From: Octopus sinensis
Lineage: Eukaryota
Direction of reading: 5' to 3'
Length of the DNA stretch: 64,000 nucleotides
Assembly (NCBI RefSeq): GCF_006345805.1
Contig: NC_043023.1
Coordinates: 14,322,001-14,386,000 of the forward strand
Positions 63,878 to 64,000 of this stretch are shown here, piece by piece. Each line of letters begins with the position of its first letter. The stretch's first letter is position 1. Below the pieces are notes generated by a model that saw only the letters and a list, made by a program, of their open reading frames with translations, made no database searches and had not been told where the DNA came from. The translations under genes were made by a program, and so were the position numbers.

Positions 63878-64000
63878 CCTGTCTATCTATCTGTCTGTCT
63901 ATCTATCTGTCTATCTATCTATCTATCTTATCTATCTATCAACCTATTTGTCTGTCTGTCTCTCTACCTACCTACCTATCTATCAGTCTGTCTTATCTAT
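62920..64000. repeat. (TCTA/CCTA/TCTG)n tetranucleotide microsatellite interrupted by a SINE
   Basis: Direct inspection. Confidence 0.9.

Overview
Eukaryotic, repeat-rich genomic DNA. The SINE families, microsatellites and gene content suggest an octopus or other coleoid cephalopod; this is inferred from pattern recognition, not from a search. Four protein-coding loci are supported. (1) An intronless rhodopsin-family neuropeptide GPCR of the NPY/sNPF/PrRP-receptor type (minus, 4325-6178). (2) TXNDC9/PhLP3 (plus, exons 34206-34232 and 35309-35950). (3) ELP6 (minus, three coding exons, 38473-50417). (4) The last five exons of a CCDC57-like gene (minus, 56302-62824), which continues beyond the window. 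The rest is at least four SINE families, LINE remnants (R4/Dong-like, RTE-like), a deleted mariner, piggyBac-, Merlin- and Helentron-like non-autonomous elements, minisatellites and microsatellites. Nearly all other ORFs in the track are repeat artefacts. The most interesting signals are Penelope-type minimal hammerhead ribozyme motifs (one family with a CUGUNGA core), a near-identical 780-bp tandem array nested inside a SINE, a 10-copy array of SINE Pol III heads, and a GPCR with KPxxY/NRY motif changes and a ~95-aa second intracellular loop. None of these has been tested computationally.
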